From IMG/VR virus record IMGVR_UViG_3300012986_000064, positions 1 to 63,449 of that record: 63,449 bases of DNA. One strand, 5' to 3'. A program made the translations under genes and the position numbers. Source of the DNA: a virus (taxonomy: Duplodnaviria; Caudoviricetes). Below the pieces are notes generated by a model that was given only the letters and a program-made list of their open reading frames with translations, made no database searches and had not been told where the DNA came from. Shown here one piece after another: positions 9,970 through 19,796 of the stretch (the stretch's first letter is position 1; each line of letters opens with the position of its first letter).

Positions 9970-9996
9970 TTAATGTTTGTAAAGTAAGTACATTAA
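9970..9996 (-). promoter_or_regulatory. Palindromic late-gene element copy 1 (TAATGT-N13-ACATTA)
   Basis: TTAATGTACTTACTTTACAAACATTAA on the minus strand, just upstream of the 9960 ATG. Confidence 0.8.
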
Positions 9997-10027
9997 TCGC
10001 GCTTTGCCATACCGGCCCGGCATCTGC

Positions 10028-11824
10028 TTACCCACGCAGGCGCAGGAAGCCGCCCAGGCGCAGCGTCAGCAGCGAATCCTGCTGGTCGGCCTGCAGCTGG
10101 TCGTCGCCGTTGCCTGTGCCCAGGAACGGCACCTGCTCCAGGTCGATGCGGCCGTTGCTGAGCGGGTAGGCCCGCTGCTCGCTCGCTTCGTAGACATTCT
10201 CGCCGGCCCGGTACATCCGCCCGTTCACCCGCAGCCAGTCGAGCCGGCAGGCCAGGTACAGCTTTTCGTGCAGGTAAGGCGGCAGGCCCTGGGTTTCGAG
10301 CGCGAGCAGCCGCGCGGCCGTGCTGGTGAGCAGCACCGGCGTGTAGTCGGAGTTGCGGTGTACGCTCAGCTGGCCGCCGTTTTTCTGCCGGAAAAACACG
10401 CCCGGCACCCGCAGCCGCGGCGTGAAGCCGGTGCTGAAGACCGTGCCGTAGCAGTTATCCGAATTCTTGTACTCTACCAGCACCGTGGTGGGGTGCTCGT
10501 AGGCCAGGCGCCACGGCTCGCTGATGGCCGTGACCGTGCCCCAGGCGGGGTTGCTGGGCTGCGAGGCGTGCAGCCGCATTTCGTACAGCCCTTCCGGTAG
10601 GCTGGCCGTGTTCGCTGCGACTTCCCACACGTTGAAGTTGGCCAGGCTCACCGGCCACTCGATGCTCACCACGTCAGGGCCCGTTTCCCAGCGGCGGTTC
10701 AGCACCACGTAGTCATCGCTGCTCACCAGGCTGGCCCGGCCGCTGCGCAGCACCCGGTAGGTTTGGTCACCGCCGGGCAGCCCGTGCACCACGACGCGCT
10801 TAGCCGCCAGCAGGTCAGCCGGAAAGCCCATGCCGGCCGGCTGCAGCAGCGTAAAGCCGTCGGCGCTGCTGCTCAGCTCCACGTCCATGGCAAACGACCA
10901 GCCGGTGAGGGCCAGTACCTTTTCCATGGGCTGAATCAGCACGGCCACACCATCACTGACCCGGTGCACCACGGCCTGCACCTGCTCGTAGTTGGTGAGC
11001 ACCTGCACCGGCAGCGGGTCACACTTGGCCACGCGCTGGTAGAAGAGCGGCCGCCGCTGCATGCCGGGCCGGGTCTGCGCACAGAACAGCGTGTTGTCGG
11101 TGGTTTCGAACGTGCCGCAGTTGTCGGGTATTTCGGGCACCACAAAGCGCAGGCCGTTGAGCAGGGGCACGGCAAAGAACGGGGTTTGCGCCGGGGGCGT
11201 GTAGGTGCAGGAGCCGTTGTCGAAAGTGGCCGTGGGGTCGTAGTTGTCGGCCGTGGTGTCGGTGCAGCCGCCTACTTCCGCTTCCGGCACGGTCACGAGC
11301 AGGTCGGCGGTGGTGCCGCTGGCATCCGTGGCCCGCACGGTGTACACCCCGGCGAGCATTCCCGTGAAGGTGTACTTGCCCGAGCCGTCCGGTACCAAGC
11401 CGCTGGGCCCACTGGGCGGGTTCAGCGCAAGCAGCACCCCGCCGGCGCTGCTGGTCGCCTGCACCGTGAAGGTGCCCGTCGCCGTGCCGAAGCTGGTGGG
11501 CGCGTTTACTTCCGACAGGGTTAATTCCAGGTCTGACACCGTGCCGCAGCTGACCGTTAAGTAGGTGTTGTCAGCATCGTAGCGGGCGCCGCCGCGGTAG
11601 CAGCGCACCTGCGTGCGGTAGTTTTGGTCGGGCAGGGCGCCGCTGCCCATTGGCAAGTCCAGCGGGTCGAACGGAAAGCCATAATCTATGCCGTCGTCGA
11701 AGCCGACAATCAGAAACTCCCAGGTGTCGGGGTCGCTGGGCAGGGCGTGAGTCGCCGTTTGCAGCGCAATGAATCCGCCGTCGGACTGGCAGCTTTGCGA
11801 GGTGGTGTAGTTGATAAACGGCAT
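10028..11824 (-). CDS. Tail/baseplate structural protein with Ig/SprB-like domain and GCTD...NY...AT.D.GSC repeat
   Basis: FTGMLAGVYTVRATDASG and GCTDTTADNYDPTATFDNGSC motifs; tail-operon position. Confidence 0.6.
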   Translation of the reverse strand: MPFINYTTSQSCQSDGGFIALQTATHALPSDPDTWEFLIVGFDDGIDYGFPFDPLDLPMGSGALPDQNYRTQVRCYRGGARYDADNTYLTVSCGTVSDLELTLSEVNAPTSFGTATGTFTVQATSSAGGVLLALNPPSGPSGLVPDGSGKYTFTGMLAGVYTVRATDASGTTADLLVTVPEAEVGGCTDTTADNYDPTATFDNGSCTYTPPAQTPFFAVPLLNGLRFVVPEIPDNCGTFETTDNTLFCAQTRPGMQRRPLFYQRVAKCDPLPVQVLTNYEQVQAVVHRVSDGVAVLIQPMEKVLALTGWSFAMDVELSSSADGFTLLQPAGMGFPADLLAAKRVVVHGLPGGDQTYRVLRSGRASLVSSDDYVVLNRRWETGPDVVSIEWPVSLANFNVWEVAANTASLPEGLYEMRLHASQPSNPAWGTVTAISEPWRLAYEHPTTVLVEYKNSDNCYGTVFSTGFTPRLRVPGVFFRQKNGGQLSVHRNSDYTPVLLTSTAARLLALETQGLPPYLHEKLYLACRLDWLRVNGRMYRAGENVYEASEQRAYPLSNGRIDLEQVPFLGTGNGDDQLQADQQDSLLTLRLGGFLRLRG

Positions 11825-11827
11825 GGC

Positions 11828-14041
11828 TTACGCGGAAAGCACCGCACAGGCCAGCAGGGTAAAGTCTCCCTCTTTCTTGGCGGCGTTGTGTTTGACAGTG
11901 AGCACCCAGCCCTCGCAGGGCCGGCTTTTGGCGTCGAGAAACCGCACCCGGCCGTAGGGCTGGGCGAAGAGCTGCGCGGCTTGGGGTGCCGTCAGCGGGC
12001 AGGTAAACGTGTAGTCGAGCGGCAGCCAGAGCGGAGCGGCCAGCTCATCGGTGAGCACGTCGGCCGATTCGGCGATGTCGGCCGTTTCGGTCTGCAGGCG
12101 GCTCACCACGTTGTTGTTGCCTTCCCCAAAGGCGAAGCGCACCACGGCCGAGCCGCCCAGCGGGGCCAGGCCGGCCCGCAGCGCGGCCCCGTGGTTGCGC
12201 AGGTTGCGGGCCGGGCTCCAGATGGCGTTGTACACCGTTTCGGGCGAGAGCATGCCATCGAGCCGGGCAAAGCGCTGGTTGCGCTCGGTTTCAAACCCGC
12301 CCCCGTCCTTGCGCAGCAGGGCAATCAGGAAGTTGTTGTTATCGGTGGCGCCGTCCGTGGTTGAGGTTTCGCTGTAGCGCTGCCGGCGCACCAGCTCCAG
12401 GCGCAGACCGCTGGTGATGTACCGGCTCACGGCCGTGAGGGCATTCTTAATCCGGGTCAGGGGTGTGGTCCACTGCCGCTTTGTGTTGAACTCATCAAGG
12501 CCGTTGACGCCTTCGGGCTCCCAGGTTTCGTAGCCGACCTCCACCGTGTTGTAGTGGCGCTCGGCATTGACTTTGGCCGTGGCATCGAGTGGCCCCAGGC
12601 CGGTGAGGTCCAGCACCACCTGAGCCGGGTAGAAGTAGGCCATGGGTTCCACGCGCACCACCGATTTACCCGTGGGCTGCAGCCGCTCGATGCCGTAGCC
12701 CAGGCCGTGAATAGCGGCCAGCGAGTCGTAAAGCTCGCGCCACGAGGCAAACAGCGACTTGCGTGAATCCGGCGCCGGGGCCGTGGGCGACGCATCAAAT
12801 GGGGTGGGGAAGCCCCGCAGCTGAAAGCCGCCCGCCACCAGGGCCAGTGCCCCCGGCCCGTCTTCGTCGTAGGGAATGCGGGTGTCGGTGCGGCCGAAGT
12901 AGGTGCTGCGGAAGGCGTCGGGCGTGTCGGCAAGGGCCGTGCTGAGCCGGTCCAGTGCTTCATACACCAGCAAGCCGTTGCAGGGGGTGGGGGCGGTCTG
13001 CGTCACGGCCGTAATGCGCAGGTACGACCCTTGCTCCAGCGTGGCGTAAACAGTTGTATTAAAAGTTACTATGCCAGTGTCGGGGTTGTGGTAGTAAAGC
13101 TCCGCGTAGAGGTACACCGCATCGTTTTCATTCAGCGTTGCCTGAATTGTGGTTGGCGGAATGGCAAACTGATGGGAGTAGCGGTTTCCATCTATGGCAG
13201 TGGTGAAGGAGTCCGTGGCCAGCACAGTAGCCGTGCTAGGGTCGCCGTTGATGCGGAAGTGGTACTTGATGTCGATAGTGCGCCCGCCGGGTCCCATCAG
13301 CGTCTGAATGGTATCGGTAAGCGCAAACTCAATGGTAAGTTCTTCTTGGCCCTTAGCCTGGTAAATGGGCACGGCCGTTGTCGCGTCGCCCGAAGTCAGT
13401 ACCGGCGAGCCGGCCGCAAGGCCTAGTTCATCTGTTGTTACCTTGGCAAAGCCGAAGTAGCGCGTCTGCGAGCGGCTGTCGTCGTCAAAAAAAAGCCCTT
13501 CGCTTATGACGGGAGGCAGGTTCGCCGGGTTTGAAACATCATGCCGCTTCACCACGGCACGGCTGTGCAGCTCCACCGTTAGCGGGGTTTCTTGGCGACT
13601 GGCAGCCCCGCTCACAGTAGTGTTGCCCCACAGGTCTATTGGCACATCGTCGCGGTTCAGGAAACGCTGGCTGAAGTCTTCGTTTTCGACGTTGCACCTA
13701 ACCTCCGTGCTGGTGAACTCAGCGTCTGAAAAATCAATACGCCCCCGGTAGTACTCGTCGTATAGCCAAGTGTTGGGGTTTTCCTGCTCAATGAGGACCC
13801 GCACGTCAGCTTCAATGCCCAGCGTGGCGTAGGCTAGCTCCAGATAGGCTTTGGCTTCCTTGATGAAGCCCATCTGAACTGAATAGTCAAGCAGAAGGCC
13901 ATGTGTCGCAGATGAGCGGGTAAGCGTTTTCCCTAATTCGTCCCAGCCGATGGGGTCGTTTTTGAGCACGAGCGGGCCTAAAATGTCGCTATCGAGGGTG
14001 AAGCGAAACCGGGGCGAGTTTTGGGCGAGTAGAGTTGTCAT
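11828..14041 (-). CDS. Tail tip/baseplate hub-like structural protein (~737 aa)
   Basis: Directly downstream of TMP2; start MTTLLAQ (14041) supported by the duplicate N-terminus at 22579. Confidence 0.7.
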   Translation of the reverse strand: MTTLLAQNSPRFRFTLDSDILGPLVLKNDPIGWDELGKTLTRSSATHGLLLDYSVQMGFIKEAKAYLELAYATLGIEADVRVLIEQENPNTWLYDEYYRGRIDFSDAEFTSTEVRCNVENEDFSQRFLNRDDVPIDLWGNTTVSGAASRQETPLTVELHSRAVVKRHDVSNPANLPPVISEGLFFDDDSRSQTRYFGFAKVTTDELGLAAGSPVLTSGDATTAVPIYQAKGQEELTIEFALTDTIQTLMGPGGRTIDIKYHFRINGDPSTATVLATDSFTTAIDGNRYSHQFAIPPTTIQATLNENDAVYLYAELYYHNPDTGIVTFNTTVYATLEQGSYLRITAVTQTAPTPCNGLLVYEALDRLSTALADTPDAFRSTYFGRTDTRIPYDEDGPGALALVAGGFQLRGFPTPFDASPTAPAPDSRKSLFASWRELYDSLAAIHGLGYGIERLQPTGKSVVRVEPMAYFYPAQVVLDLTGLGPLDATAKVNAERHYNTVEVGYETWEPEGVNGLDEFNTKRQWTTPLTRIKNALTAVSRYITSGLRLELVRRQRYSETSTTDGATDNNNFLIALLRKDGGGFETERNQRFARLDGMLSPETVYNAIWSPARNLRNHGAALRAGLAPLGGSAVVRFAFGEGNNNVVSRLQTETADIAESADVLTDELAAPLWLPLDYTFTCPLTAPQAAQLFAQPYGRVRFLDAKSRPCEGWVLTVKHNAAKKEGDFTLLACAVLSA

Positions 14042-14067
14042 ATAATGTACGTAAAGTAAGTACATTA
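13928..14067 (-). repeat. Inverted repeat arm A (late element + first 38 codons of the tail gene)
   Basis: Reverse complement aligns with 22549-22692; 99/114 nt identical over the coding part by manual alignment. Confidence 0.9.
14043..14067 (-). promoter_or_regulatory. Late element copy 2
   Basis: TAATGTACTTACTTTACGTACATTA followed by T-ATG (leaderless start). Confidence 0.8.
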
Positions 14068-14076
14068 TTGACGGTT

Positions 14077-17000
14077 TTATTGCCGTCTATATCGCTTGTT
14101 CACCTTCTGTAACCAAGTGTCGCCTTTTTTCACAAATCGCTGCAACTCTCCCTCGCTTACTCGCAATTGCTCCTGGCTCTCTACGGCCTGCACTATCCGG
14201 TCGCCTAGTCGCTCCAGGTCGAGGCGACTGCTATGATAAGCTGCGCGCGCCGCCGCCGCTTCTCGGCTAGCTTGCCTACCAGGTGCAGAAGCGCGGAGAG
14301 ATTGCGCCTGCTGTTCCATATCTGCTTCGTAGCGACGCTGAACAAGCCTGCCGCCTATTAACTCGTTCTGCTGCAATATCTGCTCTGTGCGAGGCGCAGT
14401 AATTACACGGTCTCCTGCTTCTAGGCGGGTTACGGTTTCCTGGGCCACCAAGCGGAAGCCCCGGCTTTCGTGGCCTACCAATTCAGGGCCACGCTCGCCA
14501 ACGATAGCTAATTCTGCGGGGCCTCCTTCGCGGCCTTTGAAATAAGCTGGCAACGGCTTAGACATTACAGCCGCTATTTGTGCCGCCCCTAAAACGCCCA
14601 CAGCCGCCCCAAAGGCGATACCTACAGGGCCAGGAAATTCAGCAACGGCAGCAATAACCGCCTGCGCCGTGTTGATAGCAATGCTGAAAATAGCAGCAGC
14701 CTTATCAAACTGGGCTTGCTCCCGCTTCAAGGCCAGGCTACGGCGGTGGAAATTATCTTCAATTTGAGCCCGTAGCACAGCGTTTTCTCCTGCATTGGCG
14801 AGGTTGCGGTCCCGCTCTGCCTGAATGTTATCCATCTCAGCCGAACGCAGGTCGCTGCTGTATTGAAAAAAAGCATCAGCATACGATTGGGTAATAGCGA
14901 AGCCCTGCTGAATAATGCGCCGCTTAGTTTCCTCCTTTTCTCTAAACTCAGCTAGTTCACGGTCATTTTTACGCCTAGCAATTTCTAGCTCCAGGTCAGC
15001 CGCTTCTTGTTGCTTGGTTGCGTCCTTTTTAAGGTTGTCCAGCTTCTGCTGCAAGTTGGCATCCTCTAGCAGTTCCAGTGTGCGGTAATACTGCTTTTCG
15101 GTATATTCCCCGGCCGCTCGGCTGTTTTCAAGCGCTAGCTGTTGCGCCCGATATTGCTTAGCTAGGTCATCATTAGCAAGGTCGGCATTGAACGGGCGGG
15201 CGGCGGCTTGAATAGCGGCCGTGTCGTTAGCCTGTTTCTGCCGAATCTCTTTGATTTTGCCGGCGCTTCCCTGTGCAGCCCGCACTTCTTTGTCGGCTTG
15301 CAAATCGACTATCTCAATGCGCCGGTCAGCCGCCTGAAGCGCGGCTTGCTGCCTTTCTTGGTAAGTCAGGTTTTCATTGGCAACAATGCGGTCTAGCGCA
15401 GCCAGTTCCCCCTCAATAACCAACCTGTCTACGTCTGCTAATTGGTCCAGCAGGGCATTACGCAAGGCCAATAGCCGCTTGTCGCCAGTGCGCTCAATCT
15501 CAATCGACTTGTTTTTAAAGTCTTCACTCAGCCGCACCCGCACCACGCCTAAAGCTTGCTCGCCGTTGATTTTTTCGGCATTGGCCTGTCGGGCCTCTCG
15601 CAGCAATTCATTTTGTTCCAGCTTGGCTAGCTCAATCCGGGCAGCAGTGCCTTTCTGTGCGGCCCTGGTGCGGATTTCTTCGCTATTAGCAGGATTGTCG
15701 TATTGGCGGTCTAAGTCTGCAATCTGGGCTTCTAGCTGTTGTTTGCGACGCAGGTATTCCTCCTTCGCCACATCAGCCACCGCCGCCTTTTTCTTCTTAT
15801 CGGCTTCGAAGTCGTCGGTGGTTGCCTGGGTGTTTGCTTTGGTGGCGTCTGTTGTTTTCTTGGTCAATGCAGCCAATGCAGCCGCAATACGGGCGCGCTC
15901 CTGCTGCTGTCGCTTCAATTCGGCCTCCGATTCAGCCAGGGCTTTTTCAGCCGTCGTAAGCGCTTCTACCGTGCGGACTTGGGTTTTGGGTAAGTTGTCG
16001 ACTTCCCGCGTTTGCGCCGTTGGCCCCAGGGTCTTACGAACTTCCTCCCGGTATGCCAACGCCTCCCGAATGTCCTTAACCCTGCTTTCGCCAATGCCAG
16101 CCTTCGTGACACCTAATTGAGCCTTACCCACGGCCTGTTGCAACTCGGCAACTTGCCCTTCTACGCTGGGCAGAATAGTGCTATCAAAGTAGGCTAGCTG
16201 GTCAGCAAGCAGGTCTTTATTAATCTGTGCCTGTCTCTGCTTTGCAGCAATAGCCCTTCCTACAGCCGACGTATTTAGGCTTAGCGCCTGGGTGCCTTTA
16301 TCCACTTGCACGACTTCGCTGCCCAGCATCTTTTGCAGGCGCAGGGTAATGTTGTTGAGCTCCACCTGCTGCGCGCTGGTACGGGTCGCGGCGGCCGTTA
16401 ATTGCTGGTAGCGGTCTAGTAGCTTCTGCGCCTCTTCTGCTTGTTTAGCCAGACTTTTGGTAGCAGACAGGGTGCTGCTTGCAAAATCCACGGGGGCCTT
16501 TGTGGGTAATACGCTATCCAGCCCCAGTTTCTTACCGAACGAACTTTTAGCAACCGCCTCACTGGCAGCCAGCGCCTGCGTTTTAATGTACCGGAACGCG
16601 TCGCCCACGGCTTGCAGGCGAGCCCGTTGCTCATCGATAACATCTTTGAGTTGCCCCGCAAAGAAGCCTTCCGTGAACAGATTAGAAAGGCCGTTTTTCA
16701 ACTTCGCCCACGAACCGGCCAGGGTATCATTTTTAACAGCCGCTTCTGCTGCCAATGACGTGCCTATTTTCAGTTGTTCATTGGCTGTTTTTTGCCGCTC
16801 GGCTACCAGCTCTGTGTTTTTGGCGAGGGCAGTTAATGCGCTCTTGGCTTCGCCGCTGTTCAGTTTCAACGTGGCGAGCTTTGCTGAAAAGGAAGTGGTT
16901 GTGGTGTTACCACTGTTCAACCCGCGCAAGAACAATTGCAGGGCCGCGTCCATGTCCGTATTAAGCAGCCGCTTAAATTCTTTCAACGTCAGGTTAGTAT

Positions 17001-18609
17001 CAGCCAGCTTGGCAATACGGAAGGCTTCAGCAGTGCGCCCTGTCAGGGTGTTGATGATACGATTTAGGGCAGTGCCCGAAACCTCAGCTGAAAAGCCTAA
17101 CTCCTGCAGCACGGCCGCATAGGCTAGTACTTGAGGCAAGCCAACTCCTGCATTGGCCGCCGTGGCACCTACGCGCAGCGCTACATCGGCAAGCTGTGGC
17201 GCGGTGGCTGCGCCAACCGCCCCCAACTCATTTAAGGCACTGCCAATGTCTAGTAGCTTCTGTTCGGTATTCTTGCCCTCAAACTGCTTGCGGAAAACCA
17301 CGCCGATTTTGCCTAGTTGCGTAGCTATTTCCTCTGCATTGCCTTGGAAATCGTCGGAAAGGGCTTGGTTGGCAATGTCAATGGCTTTGGTAAACCCTAA
17401 GACCTCATCCTTCGCAATGCCGAGTTGGCCCGCAACTTTGGCAATATCCAATAGCTCCGCAAGGCTGCTGCGAGTGTCAATCTGCTTTAAGTTCTCAGCC
17501 AGGCGCGCGGCTTCGTCGGCTGAAAGCCCGGTTGTCTTTCTAACATCCGCGAGGGCATCACTATAATTTACCAGGTCGCTAAATACGCCTTTTAGCACCG
17601 TGGCCAGCCCCTGCACACCAAAATAAGCCCCGGCGAATGCCTGGCCCAGCCCGCCTACATTGTTAGCCAGCCCAGCCGTAAACCCGCCGCCCTGCTTCAC
17701 GCCCACGCCGTAGTTGCGAAGCTGCCCGTTTACCTTGCCCAGCTCGGCTTCTGTCTGCTTGATTTCGGCCTGTAGCTTATTCTGCTGCTCAGTCGATAAG
17801 CCCGTAGCCTGCGACTGAGTACGCAAGGCAGCCGCGTCAGCCAGCAGGGCACGGCGCTGCTTTTCCAGCGCCCCTACGGCCTCAATGATACCCTCTGCAT
17901 ATCGGCCAACATTCTTATAGCCCTGGTTCGTGTCCTTGCCAAAGGTTATGATGGCTTGGTTGACTTCTGCCAGTCGGGCCTTCATCTGCTGGGCTTCTGC
18001 GCTGTCAGCCTGCATACCCCCGGCCAGCGCCTTCAATTGCGAGTCGAGTTGTCGGGCCTCGTTTTCCAACGCCCGGTAGCTGCCCTGCGCTGCCGTAAAG
18101 GAGCTATTCGCCCCGCGCAAGGCACGGTTCAGGTCTTCGGTTTCCCGCTTCAGGGCCAGGATAGCCTGAGCCGCTTGCTTGGCCACCTCTGTGTTTCCCG
18201 CTGCATAGGCTTCGCGCAAAGCATCCCGCTGCTTTTTTAGTTCGGCCGTGTAACCCTTTACCGCCTCGCCAGCGGCCTTATCGATGCCCGCTTGACCTGC
18301 CTTGGCTGCTTTGAGCAACTGCTGCTGCTGGGCAAGTTTCGCTATTTCGGCACCTAATGCAGCCAATGATGCCCGCTCTTGCTCGCTTGCCAGATTGATG
18401 CCTGTAACCTGGGTGCGTAGCGCCTGAGTATTCTGGGCAATCAACGCCAACCCGGTTGCCACCTTGGCCCCGTCGGCTTCAATATTTTTGGCAAATGCCT
18501 TGTAATTGCGGTTGAGCGCCTGTACTTCTTTTGTGAAGTCGGCTAGCTCCTGCTTGCCGGGTCCAAGCTCATTAAATAGCTCGGAATAGGAGATGGGGCC
18601 TGCTGCCAT
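14077..18609 (-). CDS. Tape measure protein 2 (TMP2, 1510 aa, TP901-like core)
   Basis: Same architecture as TMP1 (ADVRKTT, LLDIAKVAGQLGI, LAGSWAKLKN, ERGPELVGHESRGFRLVAQE); visibly more A/T-ending codons. Confidence 0.9.
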   Translation of the reverse strand: MAAGPISYSELFNELGPGKQELADFTKEVQALNRNYKAFAKNIEADGAKVATGLALIAQNTQALRTQVTGINLASEQERASLAALGAEIAKLAQQQQLLKAAKAGQAGIDKAAGEAVKGYTAELKKQRDALREAYAAGNTEVAKQAAQAILALKRETEDLNRALRGANSSFTAAQGSYRALENEARQLDSQLKALAGGMQADSAEAQQMKARLAEVNQAIITFGKDTNQGYKNVGRYAEGIIEAVGALEKQRRALLADAAALRTQSQATGLSTEQQNKLQAEIKQTEAELGKVNGQLRNYGVGVKQGGGFTAGLANNVGGLGQAFAGAYFGVQGLATVLKGVFSDLVNYSDALADVRKTTGLSADEAARLAENLKQIDTRSSLAELLDIAKVAGQLGIAKDEVLGFTKAIDIANQALSDDFQGNAEEIATQLGKIGVVFRKQFEGKNTEQKLLDIGSALNELGAVGAATAPQLADVALRVGATAANAGVGLPQVLAYAAVLQELGFSAEVSGTALNRIINTLTGRTAEAFRIAKLADTNLTLKEFKRLLNTDMDAALQLFLRGLNSGNTTTTSFSAKLATLKLNSGEAKSALTALAKNTELVAERQKTANEQLKIGTSLAAEAAVKNDTLAGSWAKLKNGLSNLFTEGFFAGQLKDVIDEQRARLQAVGDAFRYIKTQALAASEAVAKSSFGKKLGLDSVLPTKAPVDFASSTLSATKSLAKQAEEAQKLLDRYQQLTAAATRTSAQQVELNNITLRLQKMLGSEVVQVDKGTQALSLNTSAVGRAIAAKQRQAQINKDLLADQLAYFDSTILPSVEGQVAELQQAVGKAQLGVTKAGIGESRVKDIREALAYREEVRKTLGPTAQTREVDNLPKTQVRTVEALTTAEKALAESEAELKRQQQERARIAAALAALTKKTTDATKANTQATTDDFEADKKKKAAVADVAKEEYLRRKQQLEAQIADLDRQYDNPANSEEIRTRAAQKGTAARIELAKLEQNELLREARQANAEKINGEQALGVVRVRLSEDFKNKSIEIERTGDKRLLALRNALLDQLADVDRLVIEGELAALDRIVANENLTYQERQQAALQAADRRIEIVDLQADKEVRAAQGSAGKIKEIRQKQANDTAAIQAAARPFNADLANDDLAKQYRAQQLALENSRAAGEYTEKQYYRTLELLEDANLQQKLDNLKKDATKQQEAADLELEIARRKNDRELAEFREKEETKRRIIQQGFAITQSYADAFFQYSSDLRSAEMDNIQAERDRNLANAGENAVLRAQIEDNFHRRSLALKREQAQFDKAAAIFSIAINTAQAVIAAVAEFPGPVGIAFGAAVGVLGAAQIAAVMSKPLPAYFKGREGGPAELAIVGERGPELVGHESRGFRLVAQETVTRLEAGDRVITAPRTEQILQQNELIGGRLVQRRYEADMEQQAQSLRASAPGRQASREAAAARAAYHSSRLDLERLGDRIVQAVESQEQLRVSEGELQRFVKKGDTWLQKVNKRYRRQ

Positions 18610-18614
18610 AGAAT

Positions 18615-18653
18615 TAACCTTTAATGTTTGTAAAATAACAACATTAAAGGTTA
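18615..18653 (-). promoter_or_regulatory. Late element copy 3 with extended 14-bp arms
   Basis: TAACCTTTAATGTT...AACATTAAAGGTTA immediately upstream of the TMP2 ATG. Confidence 0.75.
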
Positions 18654-18678
18654 GTCAGACCAGCAAGGCTAGCAAGGG

Positions 18679-18966
18679 CTAGTAAAACAAAACCGCCCCG
18701 TCAGATTTTACGGCAACAGTATCCACTCGCTCGGTTTTGATGCCTGCGGAATCGGTTAACTCCCAATGGTTGGCATACCACAACTCGCCTAGCCGGGTGG
18801 CTTCTTTCATTGGTGGCTTTATTTTCCGCAACTCTATTGGCTTGTAATGACGAGGCGGGGCAATCAACGAGTTAAACTCTTTGGCAATGGCAGCCTCAGC
18901 TTTTTCCTCAGCAGAAGGGCCGCAACCAGCTAAAACCAGAGCACAAGCATAGAACAGTGTTTTCAT
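18679..18966 (-). CDS. Small lipoprotein moron (possible superinfection exclusion)
   Basis: MKTLFYACALVLAG-C lipobox; own promoter-like box a few nt upstream. Confidence 0.7.
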   Translation of the reverse strand: MKTLFYACALVLAGCGPSAEEKAEAAIAKEFNSLIAPPRHYKPIELRKIKPPMKEATRLGELWYANHWELTDSAGIKTERVDTVAVKSDGAVLFY

Positions 18967-18969
18967 GCC

Positions 18970-19008
18970 GCCAAGCTACGAAAAAGCCCCGGCTGACTAA
19001 CCGGGGCT
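18970..19008 (-). terminator. Terminator-promoter unit copy 1
   Basis: Minus strand AGCCCCGG-TTAGTCAG-CCGGGGCT TTTT CGTAGCTTGGC (hairpin, U-tract, TAnnTTGGC -7-like box). Confidence 0.8.
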
Positions 19009-19013
19009 CGCGC

Positions 19014-19793
19014 CTATACCACAGGGCGGTTTTTCAGAAAGAACGTGCCAGGGGGGAGGGTGTTTAGAATATCGACGGCCGAACTGAAGCATTCTGTATA
19101 CCCCGAAAATGCTTTTTGTGGTTTGTAGCTCAGAGTTTTGAACTGTCTGTGAATGGCTTTTTCCAGCTCAAACACCTCTCTGACGTTATAACTTTTGTAT
19201 AAAGCAACTGTCCGCCATCTGTAAGGCATTCTGCGGCTAAACCTGCCACTCAGATTAAAGCTTATACCAACCTTATAAAATAGCTCATTCTCGCCGGTCA
19301 GCTCTATTATATAGAGAGTGGCTCGCCTTCCGTTTTGCCGACATCCCCAGCTACTGGCTGACCAAGGGCCGCCCCCTGGCCGGCCAATATTGCCCTGCCT
19401 CTTTCCGCACTTGGGGCAACCTTGTCCCTTCAAGTGCGCGTGTGGTGTTTGGGTAAAATTGCCGTGTTCCAGGCAGGTAATAACTATGGCTTCCTCAGTA
19501 CCTGCGTAGTTAGCTTGCTTATAACAGTAACGCTCGCCATGAATTTCACGAGCCTCGACTATAAACTGCTCTGTGGTTTTGGTGTTGAATATAATTCGGG
19601 AGGAAGTAGCGCACTGAGGGCACCCTCTTCCCTGCAAGTGCCCTCTTGTACGTTGCAAGAACCCTCCGTGCTGAGAGCAAGCAATTTCTACGCACGTCCT
19701 TGCATTCACGTACTTGGTGCGCGTGTAGTCATATCGCTCACCATGCACAGCGCGAGCCTTGGCTATGAAAGCTTCTGTTGTTAAACGCTTCAT
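19014..19793 (-). CDS. DUF723-like Zn repeats + GIY-YIG (T5orf172/MUG113-like) endonuclease
   Basis: Two T(T)E.FI..A...HG.RY.Y...C..HG.F......HL.G.GCP.C repeats; LYII...YKVGIS...LEK.IH...G.TECF. Confidence 0.75.
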   Translation of the reverse strand: MKRLTTEAFIAKARAVHGERYDYTRTKYVNARTCVEIACSQHGGFLQRTRGHLQGRGCPQCATSSRIIFNTKTTEQFIVEAREIHGERYCYKQANYAGTEEAIVITCLEHGNFTQTPHAHLKGQGCPKCGKRQGNIGRPGGGPWSASSWGCRQNGRRATLYIIELTGENELFYKVGISFNLSGRFSRRMPYRWRTVALYKSYNVREVFELEKAIHRQFKTLSYKPQKAFSGYTECFSSAVDILNTLPPGTFFLKNRPVV

Positions 19794-19796
19794 AGC

